This document shows positions 1 through 9,574 of a stretch of DNA of 64,000 nucleotides, piece by piece (the first letter of the stretch is position 1; the number at the start of each line of letters is the position of its first letter). Origin of the DNA: Phycisphaera mikurensis NBRC 102666 (GTDB lineage: Bacteria > Planctomycetota > Phycisphaerae > Phycisphaerales > Phycisphaeraceae); assembly GCF_000284115.1 (NCBI RefSeq), contig NC_017080.1, forward strand, positions 3,401,534-3,465,533, written 5' to 3'. The notes under the pieces are model-generated. The model did not search any database, was not told the DNA's origin, and saw only the letters and a program-made list of their open reading frames with translations. The position numbers were made by a program, and so were the translations under genes.

Positions 1-6
1 ACGCCG

Positions 7-918
7 ATGCCGCCCACCCTCGCCGGGGCCTACAACGCGATCGCGGTGGGCGTCGACACCGGCGCGTCGTCGGGCGGGGGCACGGCGGTGGAGGTCGAGG
101 GCCGCGCCAAGCCGGATCTGGTCGCGCCCGGCGGCCTCACCTCCTGGGCGACGCCCGCGGTCGCCGGCGTCGCCGCGCTCGCCCGCGACTTCCTGCTCGC
201 GCGGGACGGCGCCGCCCCGCCGGCCGAGGTCGTGAAGGCGGCGCTGATGGCCGGCGCCGCGAAGCCGCCGGGCTGGAGCCACGACCCCGCCGCCGGCAAG
301 CCGCTCGACGATCACCTGGGCGCCGGCCGCGTGGACGCCGACGCGGCGCTCCGCGTGCTGCAGGGCGGGCCGCTGCCGCCCGGCGCGCCGATCCGCAGCG
401 TCGCGGGCTACGGCTTCGCCGAGCTCGGCGCGGCCGCGGGCGCCGAGCTGGCCTGGACGCTGGACCTGCCCGTCGACGCCGGCCCGCTGTCGGTGGTCGC
501 GGTGTGGCACCGGCGGATCGCCGCCCGCACGATCCGCGGCCGCGTCGGCGGCGGCGGGCCGGTCGTGGAGCGCTGGGCGACCGCCCCGCGGCTGGCCGAC
601 CTCGACCTCGTGCTCGAGCGGGAGGTCGGCGGCGGGGCCTCGGAGGTGCAAGCCAGCCGCAGCCGGGTCGACAACGTCGAGCACGTCCTGCTGCCGTCGA
701 CGCCCCGGGCGGCGTACCGGCTGCGGGTGACGCGGCGGGCGGCCGGCGAGCCGTGGGACGTCGCCGTGGCGTGGCGGCTGCGGCCCGCGGGCGACGCGGC
801 GGTGGAGCCGGAGCCGGAGCCCGAGGCCGAGCCCGAGCCGGAGCCCGGGGCCGCGTCCGAGTTCAAATCCGAGCCCGCGGCGGCGGCGGCGGGATCCGCT
901 TCTACCGTTCGTCCGTGA
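7..918 (+). CDS. Subtilisin-like serine peptidase (S8), C-terminal fragment; the 5' end lies outside the window
   Basis: The ORF is already open at the window edge. Motifs 'GRAKPDLVAPGG' and 'TSWATPAVAGVAALA' resemble the S8 catalytic Ser region. There is a C-terminal EPEPEAEPEPEP low-complexity tail. Confidence 0.45.
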   Translation: MPPTLAGAYNAIAVGVDTGASSGGGTAVEVEGRAKPDLVAPGGLTSWATPAVAGVAALARDFLLARDGAAPPAEVVKAALMAGAAKPPGWSHDPAAGKPLDDHLGAGRVDADAALRVLQGGPLPPGAPIRSVAGYGFAELGAAAGAELAWTLDLPVDAGPLSVVAVWHRRIAARTIRGRVGGGGPVVERWATAPRLADLDLVLEREVGGGASEVQASRSRVDNVEHVLLPSTPRAAYRLRVTRRAAGEPWDVAVAWRLRPAGDAAVEPEPEPEAEPEPEPGAASEFKSEPAAAAAGSASTVRP

Positions 919-1562
919 AGCTCCTCCGCCCGCTCGCCGCCGCCGCCGCCATCGCCCTGGTCCCGCTCGTCGCCGGCTCCGGCTGCACGACGCGGTACAG
1001 CACCCCGAGCCGTGCACTCGGGACGCCCGTCAGCGTGATCCCCGACTGGGACGCCGCCGACCGGGTGCTCGGTGCCCGCGTGAGCGCCGGCGGCTACGCG
1101 ATCCAGCGGGTCCGGCTGATCGACGCGGAGGGCCGCGCCCTCGCCCCCGACGCCGCGGTCCGCGAGGGGCCCGAGCTGGTGGGGGGCGTGCGGGTCGGCG
1201 GCGGCATCGGCTCGGGCCTGGGCAGCGGCTACGCCAGCGACGGCTTCGGCGTCCGCACCGGGGTGGGCGTGGGGCGCACCCTCGGCGGCCGCGTCGTGCC
1301 CGGCGACTTCGTCGCCCGCTTCCTCGACCCGCCGCTGGGCCGCCAGCCCTGGACCCTGCGGGTCACCACCGCCGGCGACCCCGCCGTCACCACCGACGTG
1401 CTGCTCGCGGAGCCGAAGAACCGCGACGCCGCGGGGGGCTCCGACCGCTCGGCGCCGTTGGAGCTGAAGCTCGTTACCGGAGAGACCCGCTTCTTCACCG
1501 CGAGAGCCGGCGCGGGCGGCGCGCGGACCTACGAACCCGCGCCGGAGCCCGCGGATCGCTGA
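915..1562 (+). CDS. Putative lipoprotein (signal peptide plus lipobox Cys), function unknown
   Basis: GTG at 915 is in frame with track ORF 504..1562. The N-terminus 'VKLLRPLAAAAAIALVPLVAGSGC' looks like a signal peptide with an AGSGC lipobox. The first 410 nt of the track ORF are Arg-rich and overlap the S8 gene, so I rejected them as artefact. Confidence 0.4.
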   Translation: MKLLRPLAAAAAIALVPLVAGSGCTTRYSTPSRALGTPVSVIPDWDAADRVLGARVSAGGYAIQRVRLIDAEGRALAPDAAVREGPELVGGVRVGGGIGSGLGSGYASDGFGVRTGVGVGRTLGGRVVPGDFVARFLDPPLGRQPWTLRVTTAGDPAVTTDVLLAEPKNRDAAGGSDRSAPLELKLVTGETRFFTARAGAGGARTYEPAPEPADR

Positions 1563-1620
1563 GGACGGCGACTCGAATCCGCCGCGGTCCGCGGGCTCGG
1601 CGCCCGGCCCGCACCGCCGG

Positions 1621-2412
1621 CTGCTCGCCGTCGACCTCGACGGCACGCTGCTGCAGCGGGACGGCCGCGTGCGGCCCGACGACCTCGCCGCGCTCCGCCG
1701 GGCCGCCGCGTCCGGCGTCGCGGTGGTCGTCGCGACCGCCCGGCCGCCGCGGGCCGTGCCGCCGGAGCTTCGCGTCTTCGGCCCGCCGGTGGTCCACTAC
1801 AACGGCGCGCTGATCCTCGGCCCCGGCGGCATGGCCCAGCCGCCGCTGCTGCACCGCCCGATCGGTGCCGGCACCGCCGCCGAGGTCGCCCGCCTCGCCC
1901 GCCGCCTCGCGCCGGGCTGCTCGCTCGATGCCGAGGTGCTCGACGCCTGGCACACCGACCGGGTGAACGCGGCGCTCACGACCGCGACCTCGGCGGTGAG
2001 CACCCCCGACCGGGTCGCCCCGCTCGCGGAGCTGTTCGACCGGCCGATCACCAAGCTCATGGTCCTCGACGAGCCCGCCTCGGTCGACCGGCTGATCGCC
2101 GCCCTCCGCGGCGCGGCCTCCCTCACCGGCCGCGCCCGCGTCGTCGTGAGCGACGCCCACCTCCTGCAGGTGGTGCACCCCCGGGTCGACAAGGCGGCCG
2201 CCGTCGCCTGGGTCGCCGGACGCCTCGGCCTGGGTCCCGCCGACATCGACGCCGTCGGCGACGCCCCCAACGACGCCGACATGCTCCGCGGGGCCGCCCG
2301 GTCGGTCTGCGTCGGCGACGGCTGGGAAGAGGCCCGAGCCGCCGCCGACGAGGTGGGCCCGCCCCTCGCAGAGGGCCCGGTGGGGTGGGCCGTCCGGCGC
2401 TGGTACGGGTGA
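1621..2412 (+). CDS. HAD-superfamily hydrolase, Cof-like (sugar phosphatase type)
   Basis: The track ORF starts at GTG 1669, but HAD catalytic motif I 'LLAVDLDGTLL' sits in the same frame at 1621-1653, so the real start must be upstream of 1624. I found no canonical start there. C-terminal motifs 'GDAPNDADML' fit HAD motif III. Confidence 0.6.
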   Translation: MLAVDLDGTLLQRDGRVRPDDLAALRRAAASGVAVVVATARPPRAVPPELRVFGPPVVHYNGALILGPGGMAQPPLLHRPIGAGTAAEVARLARRLAPGCSLDAEVLDAWHTDRVNAALTTATSAVSTPDRVAPLAELFDRPITKLMVLDEPASVDRLIAALRGAASLTGRARVVVSDAHLLQVVHPRVDKAAAVAWVAGRLGLGPADIDAVGDAPNDADMLRGAARSVCVGDGWEEARAAADEVGPPLAEGPVGWAVRRWYG

Positions 2413-2566
2413 GCGGGCCGCGTCCTCCTCCGTCGGCGCCCGCGAGATCCGCGGACCGCCGCCGCGAGACGCCCGCGGAGGCCACGGTCCGCGGCCCCAT
2501 CCAAATCTGCTCCCCCGCTCCCCCGCTCCCGCCACTCCCGCCGCCGTCATCCGGCACACTGCCGGG

Positions 2567-3634
2567 ATGGACACCCTCCGCTGCGCCATCGTCGGCCCCA
2601 CCGGCTTCACCGGGCTCCACGTCGCGCGGCTGATCGCCGGCCACCCGCGGGCCCGGCTGACCTACCTCGCCTCGCACCGCGACGACCTGCCCGACCTCAC
2701 CGAGGAGTTCCCGCGGCTCACCGGGCTCATCGATCCGGACGTGGCGCAGTGCCGCCCGGTCGACCCCGGCCGCATCGCCGATGCCGCCGACGTCGTCTTC
2801 CTGGGCCTGCCGCACAGAGCGGCGATGGCCTACGCGCCGGCCCTGCTCGATGCCGGCCTGCGCGTCGTCGACCTCTCCGCCGACTACCGGCTCGGCGACG
2901 CGGCGCTCTACGAGAAGACCTACGCGACCCCGCACACCGACCCCTTGAACCTCGGCCACGCGGTGTACGGCCTGCCCGAGCTGTTCCGCGGCGACCTGCC
3001 CGGGGCCCGCCTCGTGGCCACGCCCGGCTGCTACCCCACGGCCGCCACGCTCGCGCTGGCCCCGCTGCTCTCGCACGCGGTGATCCGCCCCGGCCGCGTC
3101 CTGCTCCACGGCGCCACCGGCGTCTCGGGCGCCGGCCGCAAGGCCAGCGACGCCACCGCCTTCACGCAGGTCGCCGGCGCCTACGGCCCCTACGGCGTGC
3201 CCGGCGGCCACCGCCACCAGCCCGAGATGGCGAGGGTGCTCTCCCGCGTGAGCGGCCGGCCGGCGTCGGAGGTGACGCCGCTGTTCGTCGCGAACCTGCT
3301 GCCCACCGCCGACGGCATCGGCATGACCGCCTTCGCCGATCCGGTGGACGACGAGGTGACGCAGGACGACCTCATCGACGTGCTCCGCGACGCGTACGAC
3401 GCCGAGCCCTTCGTGCGCGTGCGGGGGGCCGACGCGGCGATGCCCAACGTCCGCGAGGTGGTCGGCACCAACTTCGTCGACCTCACCGCCCGCCTCGTCC
3501 GCGCCGGCGACGACGGCCCGGCGGCGGTGTGGGTCTTCGCCGCCATCGACAACCTCGTCAAGGGGGCGAGCGGCCAAGCGGTCCAGAACATGAACGCCGT
3601 CTTCGGGATGGAGGAGACGCTTGGGCTGCTCTGA
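2567..3634 (+). CDS. argC: N-acetyl-gamma-glutamyl-phosphate reductase
   Basis: 355 aa. N-terminal Rossmann 'IVGPTGFTG', the catalytic 'PGCYPTA' Cys motif, 'HRHQPE' and 'DNLVKGASGQAVQNMN' are all classic ArgC signatures. Confidence 0.9.
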   Translation: MDTLRCAIVGPTGFTGLHVARLIAGHPRARLTYLASHRDDLPDLTEEFPRLTGLIDPDVAQCRPVDPGRIADAADVVFLGLPHRAAMAYAPALLDAGLRVVDLSADYRLGDAALYEKTYATPHTDPLNLGHAVYGLPELFRGDLPGARLVATPGCYPTAATLALAPLLSHAVIRPGRVLLHGATGVSGAGRKASDATAFTQVAGAYGPYGVPGGHRHQPEMARVLSRVSGRPASEVTPLFVANLLPTADGIGMTAFADPVDDEVTQDDLIDVLRDAYDAEPFVRVRGADAAMPNVREVVGTNFVDLTARLVRAGDDGPAAVWVFAAIDNLVKGASGQAVQNMNAVFGMEETLGLL

Positions 3635-3810
3635 CGCACCGTGGGTCCTTTGCTGACGGCTCCTGCGTGCGAATCGATCAGGAAAGGAGACGCGGCGCTT
3701 CCACGCTGGATCAAGCGGCGGTGCCCGGATTGCAGAAGCGCAGGAGGTGTCCGGTACCTTCAGCCCAGCGCCGAGGGAACCCGCCACCCCCGGCCGGATC
3801 GGGACCCGAC

Positions 3811-4788
3811 ATGGAAGACGAGCAGACGCCAGCCCCACCCGCCACGCCCCCCGCCGCTGCGCCGCCGATCCCCGCGCGGAGAGAGCCGGAGGCGCCCCGC
3901 GGCCCGCTGGGCGTGCTGTGGCACGAGTGGGTGAAGCCGCTGGGCACCGTGCTGCTCGTCGTGATGGCGGTGCGGTCGACGATCTTCGACTGGAACGACG
4001 TGCCCTCGGGTTCGATGCGGCCGACGATCCTCGAGGGCGACCGCATCGTGGTGAACAAGCTCGCGTACGGCCTGAACGCGCCCTTCAACGGCCCCAACCT
4101 CGACGTGCCCTTCATCGGCGTCAGCTTCGCCAACCCGCTGGACTTCCTGCCGGGCTGGAGCTGGGCCGCACCGAAGCGCGGCGACACCGTGACCTTCTGG
4201 AACCCGACCCCGCGGGAGCTCGGCCCGCGCGGCGGCCCGCTGCGACCCGGGGAGACGCCCGCGGAGAACCCCTCCTCGGGCATCCGCATGGTCAAGCGCA
4301 TCGTGGCGCTGCCCGGCGAGACGGTGGAGGTGATCGGCGGGCGGTTGAAGATCACCGCCGCCGACGGCACGCCGGTCCCGGTCGTCTACGCCCCCAACCC
4401 CGACCCCGACGTCCGCTTCGAGGACCGCGGCGGCGTGCCGGTGGAGGTGCAGCCCTTCCTGGAGAACCTCGACGGCCGGGTGCACGCGATCCACTTCCTT
4501 CCCGGCCGCGGCAACTACCGCGACAGCCCGCCCTACACGCTGGCCGACCGCGACGGCCTCGCCGACGACGAGTACTACATGGTCGGCGACAACCGCGACA
4601 ACAGCCGCGACGGCCGGTACTACCAGGAGGTGGGCCACCCCGTCCGCGGCCGCGACATCACCGGCAAGGCCCTCTTCGTCGCGGTCAGCTTCGACGGCTC
4701 CCTCGTGCGGCCGGTGTGGAGCCGGTTCCTCAAGGGCCTCGGCGGCGCCGAAGCCGAGCCGGGCGCGACGCCCACGGGGGATCCGTGA
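3811..4788 (+). CDS. lepB: Signal peptidase I (S26 family)
   Basis: ATG at 3811 is in frame with track ORF 2749..4788; the upstream 1 kb of that ORF is Arg-rich artefact overlapping argC. The N-terminal TM segment, 'SGSMRPT' (Ser box), 'VKRIVALPGE' and 'GDNRDNSRDGRYY' are S26 catalytic boxes. Confidence 0.85.
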   Translation: MEDEQTPAPPATPPAAAPPIPARREPEAPRGPLGVLWHEWVKPLGTVLLVVMAVRSTIFDWNDVPSGSMRPTILEGDRIVVNKLAYGLNAPFNGPNLDVPFIGVSFANPLDFLPGWSWAAPKRGDTVTFWNPTPRELGPRGGPLRPGETPAENPSSGIRMVKRIVALPGETVEVIGGRLKITAADGTPVPVVYAPNPDPDVRFEDRGGVPVEVQPFLENLDGRVHAIHFLPGRGNYRDSPPYTLADRDGLADDEYYMVGDNRDNSRDGRYYQEVGHPVRGRDITGKALFVAVSFDGSLVRPVWSRFLKGLGGAEAEPGATPTGDP

Positions 4789-5366
4789 GCGATGGCGCTG
4801 CGGTGGAGGTCGCGCTCAAGGAGTGGGCGATCGTCTGCGACCTGCTCGCCGCCGGGAGGATGAGCTTCCTCCTGCGCAAGGGCGGCGTGCACGAGGACCA
4901 CGGCCCCGGCCGCTTCCGGCTCGAAGAGGAGCGCTTCGCGCTCTTCCCCGCCTGGGAGCACGAGAAGCTCGCCTGGATCAAGCCGGATTGGCTCGGTGGG
5001 ATGCGGAGCGAGCCCGTCGAGGAGCAGCCCGAAACGCTGGCGATCCGGGCGGTCGCCGGGGTCGCCCGGGCCTGGGTGGTGCCGTCGCGCGAGGCCTTCG
5101 ACCGCCTCGAGGGCCTGCACCCCTGGGCGGAGCCGCAGGTCGACCTGCGCTTCGGCTACAAGCCCGAGCGGCCGCTCTACGCCGTCGCGCTGCGGGTGAC
5201 GCGCCTGGCCGAGCCCCGGGTGATCGCGAACCGGCCGGCGTACGCCGGCTGCCGCAGCTGGGTCCCGCTGGGGGGCGAGGCCGCGGTCGACCCGATCGGC
5301 GACCCGGCGGTGGAGCCGGCGGAGCTGGAACGCCGGCTGGCCGCGATCGACGCGGCGCTGGGCTGA
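4785..5366 (+). CDS. Hypothetical protein, possibly DUF1802-like
   Basis: GTG at 4785 overlaps the lepB stop (GTGA). The composition is protein-like ('KEWAIVCDLLAAGRMSFLLRKGGVHEDHG...FALFPAWEHEKLAWIKPDW'). The family assignment is from memory and weak. Confidence 0.45.
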   Translation: MSDGAAVEVALKEWAIVCDLLAAGRMSFLLRKGGVHEDHGPGRFRLEEERFALFPAWEHEKLAWIKPDWLGGMRSEPVEEQPETLAIRAVAGVARAWVVPSREAFDRLEGLHPWAEPQVDLRFGYKPERPLYAVALRVTRLAEPRVIANRPAYAGCRSWVPLGGEAAVDPIGDPAVEPAELERRLAAIDAALG

Positions 5367-5417
5367 TTCCTCGGCCGCGAGGCGACGCGCGGGTGCCGGA
5401 TCCCCCGGGGCGGCGCA

Positions 5418-5873
5418 TCAGGGAGCGACGCGGCCGATGGCTTCCGCCCCGATCACGTTCTCGGTCCGGCCGGCGGCCCGGTCCGCGAGCGCGTGCGCCG
5501 CGTGCGCGTGCAGGCACTTCACCGCGGTGTGGCAGGCCGCACCGCCCACGCCCCGGTCGCGCAAGGCCGCGGCGAACCCCAGCCGCTCGGCCTCGGCCCG
5601 CCCGCCCTCGCCCAGCAGCGACCACCGCTCCGCCGCGTAACGCGCGTGGTCGCCGCGGACGGCGTCCCGGAACGCTTGGTCGCTTTGGACCCTCGCCACC
5701 AGCTCCGCGATCGTCCCGCGGCGCTCCAGGTCCGACAGCGCGTGGATCAACGCCGGGTCCCGGAGCCAGTACAGCGTCGGGAACGGCCGCGGGCCGTGGG
5801 CCGTTTGCTTCAAGGGGCAAACCCGCTCGAAAGCGCCGCTCACGCTCGACCCCCGGGCGTGGCCCGCGGGCAT
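5418..5873 (-). CDS. DUF501-like conserved hypothetical protein
   Basis: ATG (cat on the plus strand at 5871-5873) inside track ORF 5418..6671; the upstream 266 codons are Arg/Gly-rich artefact. 'FPTLYWLRDP' and 'HTAVKCLHAHAAH' resemble DUF501. Confidence 0.45.
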   Translation of the reverse strand: MPAGHARGSSVSGAFERVCPLKQTAHGPRPFPTLYWLRDPALIHALSDLERRGTIAELVARVQSDQAFRDAVRGDHARYAAERWSLLGEGGRAEAERLGFAAALRDRGVGGAACHTAVKCLHAHAAHALADRAAGRTENVIGAEAIGRVAP

Positions 5874-5935
5874 CGCGGCCGCCGAGCGATCCCGATCCTC
5901 CCCCGCGGGGCCGACCGCTCGCCGGGCCGCACGTC

Positions 5936-6442
5936 TCACGGCTTCTCCCGCCGCTCGATGTAGAACATCGAGTCGGCCGCCCGCGGCCCGACCATGTGCC
6001 AGGACAGAGGAAACTCCGGCCGCATCTGCATGTACATCTCGAAGAGCAGCTCGCCGAGCTTGTACTGCCGGTCGATGTTCTTCTCGGTCTTGCGGGTGTC
6101 GGTCGGGGGGATGAGCTCCAGCTTGTGGTAGCTCCAGGACGGCTCCAGCCGCACCATCAGGTGCCCCTCGCTCCAGTCGATCGGGTAGCCCTGCACCGGG
6201 CCCTGCCCGCCGCCGGGCGTGTGGAACCAGTAGCACAGGAAGCGGTCCTTCTCGGCCGTGGAGCCGTGCTGGCTGCCGCCCTTGAGCAGACGGGCGTGGC
6301 TGATGGACGAGGCGGGGCTGCCCCAGCGATCGCGGGCGATGAACGGCTGCCGAGCCTCCACGTCGTACAGCCCCACGTGCGCGTAGCCGCACGTGAGCTT
6401 CGGCGTGCAGTGCGACTTGTTGATGCTTCGGCTGCTGTCCAA
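5936..6442 (-). CDS. Conserved-looking hypothetical protein (168 aa), family not recognised
   Basis: The composition is clearly protein-like (rich in W/Y/F/M/K/H; 'FLCYWFHTPGGGQGPVQGYPIDWSEGHLMVRLEPSWSYHKLEL') and unlike the Arg-rich artefact ORFs around it. Confidence 0.45.
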   Translation of the reverse strand: MDSSRSINKSHCTPKLTCGYAHVGLYDVEARQPFIARDRWGSPASSISHARLLKGGSQHGSTAEKDRFLCYWFHTPGGGQGPVQGYPIDWSEGHLMVRLEPSWSYHKLELIPPTDTRKTEKNIDRQYKLGELLFEMYMQMRPEFPLSWHMVGPRAADSMFYIERREKP

Positions 6443-6540
6443 GGCGATCCCGGGGGCGGTGCAGGCTCCTCATAGAGTAAACGCCCGCTCCCGGCCCCCC
6501 CGGTGCCTCGGCCCCACGGCCCCGCCCCGCACGCCCCGCC

Positions 6541-7011
6541 ATGCCCCAGTCCTCCGCCACCTCCGCCACCTCCGAGCCCTCGCCCGCCGACCCGCCCGCC
6601 GCGGCACCCGCCGGCCCGCTCCGCCTCCGCGAGGTCGGCGGCGGGATCGTCCGCTTCAGCGTCCCCGGCACCGACTACCGCCTCGAGGCCGCCGCCGGCG
6701 GGTCGCTGGGCCCTTCCGCGGCCGCCGGCCAGCGCCTCCGCGGAACGCTGCACGCCGTCGCCCGCAAGGTCTGGCCCGTCGCCGCCGGCGGCCGCTTCGT
6801 CGAGCCCGTTTTCGGACGCCCGCGACGCATTCAGGCCGCCGTGCTGGGAGCCGATGAGGCCTCCAACACGCTGCACCTCGACGCGGGTGGCGTGAAGTTC
6901 GCCGCGCGCCTCGGCCACGCCGGCCAGCGCGTCGCCGACTTCCCGCCGCAGACGCTGGTCACCCTCAGCGTCGACGACCACGTCGTCCTCGAAGCCGCAC
7001 CCGCCGACTGA
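6541..7011 (+). CDS. Hypothetical protein (156 aa)
   Basis: ATG start, moderately protein-like composition, immediately upstream of uxs with an 18-nt gap. No recognisable motif. Confidence 0.3.
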   Translation: MPQSSATSATSEPSPADPPAAAPAGPLRLREVGGGIVRFSVPGTDYRLEAAAGGSLGPSAAAGQRLRGTLHAVARKVWPVAAGGRFVEPVFGRPRRIQAAVLGADEASNTLHLDAGGVKFAARLGHAGQRVADFPPQTLVTLSVDDHVVLEAAPAD

Positions 7012-7028
7012 ACCCCCCGGACCCGCTC

Positions 7029-8096
7029 ATGCCCGAGACCGCCCCCTCCCCCGACGCGCCCGCCTCCACGCCCCACCAGCGCGTCCTGGTCACCGGCGGC
7101 GCCGGCTTCCTCGGCAGCCACCTGTGCGACCGGCTCGTGGCCCAGGGCCACGACGTCATCTGCCTCGACAACTTCTTCACCAGCCAGAAGACCAACGTGG
7201 CCCACCTCCTGGGCCAGCGCAACTTCGAGCTGATCCGCCACGACGTCACCGAGCCGATCACCCTCGAGGTCGACCGCATCTACAACATGGCCTGCCCGGC
7301 CAGCCCGGTGCACTACCAGTACAACCCGATCAAGACCATGAAGGTCTCGGTGATGGGCTCGATCAACCTGCTGGGCATGGCCAAGCGGACCGGCGCCCGG
7401 ATCCTGCAGGCCAGCACCAGCGAGGTCTACGGCGACCCCACGCCCGAGCACCACCCCCAGACCGAGAGCTACCGCGGCAACGTGAACCCCATCGGCGTGC
7501 GGGCCTGCTACGACGAGGGGAAGCGCGCGGCCGAGACGCTGTTCTTCGACTACTGGCGCAGCAACGGCGTGGACATCCGCGTGGTTCGGATCTTCAACAC
7601 CTACGGCCCGCGGATGCACCCCTTCGACGGGCGGGTCGTGACCAACTTCATCGTGCAGGCCCTCCGCGGCGAAGACATCACGCTCTACGGCGACGGCAGC
7701 CAGACGCGTAGCTTCTGCTACGTGGATGACCTCGTCGACGTGATCATGGCGATGATGGAGCACGGCGGGAACGCCGGGGGCGACCCCGAGACCTTCGTGG
7801 GTCCGGTGAACATCGGCAACCCCGGCGAGTTCACGATCCGCCAGCTCGCCGAGAAGGTGATCGAGCTGACCGGGTCGTCGTCGAAGCTGGTCGAGCTGCC
7901 CCTGCCCAAGGACGACCCGCTGCAGCGCAAGCCCGACATCTCGCTGGCCAAGGAGAAGCTCGGCTGGGAGCCCCGGGTCCCCCTGGCCGACGGCCTGCAG
8001 CGGACGATCGCGTACTTCAGGAGCGTGGACCTGGGCAGCTTCCGCAAGCCGACCGATCACACGGCCCACACCAGCAGCGACCGGTCCCGCATCTGA
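7029..8096 (+). CDS. uxs: UDP-glucuronate decarboxylase (UDP-xylose synthase), extended SDR family
   Basis: '[18 protein letters not shown]', the 'YDEGKR' catalytic YxxxK and '[10 protein letters not shown]' are highly characteristic of UXS/ArnA-decarboxylase-type enzymes. Confidence 0.9.
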   Translation: MPETAPSPDAPASTPHQRVLVTGGAGFLGSHLCDRLVAQGHDVICLDNFFTSQKTNVAHLLGQRNFELIRHDVTEPITLEVDRIYNMACPASPVHYQYNPIKTMKVSVMGSINLLGMAKRTGARILQASTSEVYGDPTPEHHPQTESYRGNVNPIGVRACYDEGKRAAETLFFDYWRSNGVDIRVVRIFNTYGPRMHPFDGRVVTNFIVQALRGEDITLYGDGSQTRSFCYVDDLVDVIMAMMEHGGNAGGDPETFVGPVNIGNPGEFTIRQLAEKVIELTGSSSKLVELPLPKDDPLQRKPDISLAKEKLGWEPRVPLADGLQRTIAYFRSVDLGSFRKPTDHTAHTSSDRSRI

Positions 8097-8277
8097 GGCC
8101 AGCGGGAGGGGGCGGAGGGTCGGGGGGTGGCGGAGGCGGAGACGCGGGGACACGCTGCGCGGGCGGCGGCGGCGCGAGCGCCGGCGGCATCGGCGTGGGA
8201 ACCCGCTCGGCCTGCTTCTACCCTGCCGCCGGGGCGCCACGCCCCGCACCCCGCACCCCACCCGAAAGACCACCCCC

Positions 8278-9429
8278 ATGCGCCACGCCGTCATCATGGC
8301 CGGCGGCTCCGGCACCCGGCTCTGGCCGATGTCCGTCGCCGAGCAGCCCAAGCAGCTCATCCCCTTCATCGGCGCCGGCGTCGGGGAGACGGAGCCCGAC
8401 GGCTCGCCCGCCGGCCGCTCGCTGCTCGCGATCGCGATGGACCGCCTCGAAGGCCTCGTCGACGACGGGCACCAGTGGGTCTGCGCGGGCGAGGCGACGC
8501 GGGAGCCGATGCTGCGCGGCCTCCCGCGGCTCGACGCCTCGCGCTTCATCGGCGAGCCGATCGGCCGCGACACGCTCGCGGCGGTGGTGCTCGCGGCGGC
8601 GGTGCTCAAGAAGACCGACCCCGACGCGGTGATGGCGATCTTCACCGCGGACCACATCATCGAGCCGGTGGCGGACTTCCAGCGCATCGTCTCGGAAGGC
8701 TTCGCGCTTGCGGAGAGCGCCCCCAACACCCTGGTCACCTTCGGCATCACGCCCACGCAGGCGGCGACCGGCTACGGCTACCTGCAGCTCGGGGCGGCGA
8801 TCGACGCCACGCCCGGCTTCACCGTGTCCGCGTTCAAGGAGAAGCCCGACGCACAGACCGCGGCTTCCTACCTCGATGCCGGCAGCGAGAAGTACCTGTG
8901 GAACTCGGGCATGTTCGTCTGGTCGGCCGACGCCGTCCTCGCCGCCGCCGCCAAGTTCGCCCCGACGCAGACCGCGGCGATCCAGGAGGTCGTGCAGTCC
9001 TGGGGCACCGACGCGTACGGCCCGGCGATCGCCGAGGCCTACCCGGGTCTCGAGAAGATCAGCGTCGACTTCGCGATCATGGAGCCCGCCGCCGCGGACG
9101 ACGCGTTTCGCGTCGCGGCGGTGCCGATGCCGCTTTCGTGGCTGGACGTGGGCTCGTGGCCCAGCTTCGCGGAGACGCTGGATCCCGACGCCGACGGCAA
9201 CGCCGTCTCGGGCGCCGGCGAGGGGAACCGGGCCGCGGTGCTGATGGACGCGTCGGACAACCTCGTCGTCAGCGACGATCCCGATCACTGCGTCGCCCTG
9301 CTGGGTGTCAGCGACCTCCTCGTGGTTCGCACCGGGAAGTCGACGCTGGTCTGCCACCGGGACCACGCCGAGAAGATCAAGGCACTCCAGAAGGAAGTCG
9401 CCGACCGCATGGGCGACGCGCACGTCTGA
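8278..9429 (+). CDS. manC: Mannose-1-phosphate guanylyltransferase (nucleotidyltransferase domain only, no PMI domain)
   Basis: 'MRHAVIMAGGSGTRLWPMS' is a G-x-G-T-R nucleotide-binding loop, followed by 'GTDAYGP...' and a left-handed beta-helix tail. Length is 383 aa. Confidence 0.8.
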   Translation: MRHAVIMAGGSGTRLWPMSVAEQPKQLIPFIGAGVGETEPDGSPAGRSLLAIAMDRLEGLVDDGHQWVCAGEATREPMLRGLPRLDASRFIGEPIGRDTLAAVVLAAAVLKKTDPDAVMAIFTADHIIEPVADFQRIVSEGFALAESAPNTLVTFGITPTQAATGYGYLQLGAAIDATPGFTVSAFKEKPDAQTAASYLDAGSEKYLWNSGMFVWSADAVLAAAAKFAPTQTAAIQEVVQSWGTDAYGPAIAEAYPGLEKISVDFAIMEPAAADDAFRVAAVPMPLSWLDVGSWPSFAETLDPDADGNAVSGAGEGNRAAVLMDASDNLVVSDDPDHCVALLGVSDLLVVRTGKSTLVCHRDHAEKIKALQKEVADRMGDAHV

Positions 9430-9574
9430 GGAGGCTCCGCGGCACCGGGCTCGCCCCGCGTGCCTCGCGCCTTCCCGCACGCGTCCCGCTGCGCCGGGCT
9501 CTTGGGCCGAGGCCGGCACACCCGGTGCGGGCGCCCGCCGGAGCGGCCCGCGGCCCCGGTAGGCTCGCCCGGCG

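Noticed and set aside
2749-3810. Upstream 354 codons of the 679-aa ORF that ends as lepB
   Set aside because: It has Arg-rich composition and overlaps argC in another frame. Signal-peptidase homology begins only at the ATG at 3811.
2123-3838. 571-aa minus-strand ORF antisense to argC
   Set aside because: It is extremely Arg/Gly/Pro-rich with poly-R runs. That is typical of a frame artefact in about 72% GC DNA, and it overlaps a strongly supported gene.
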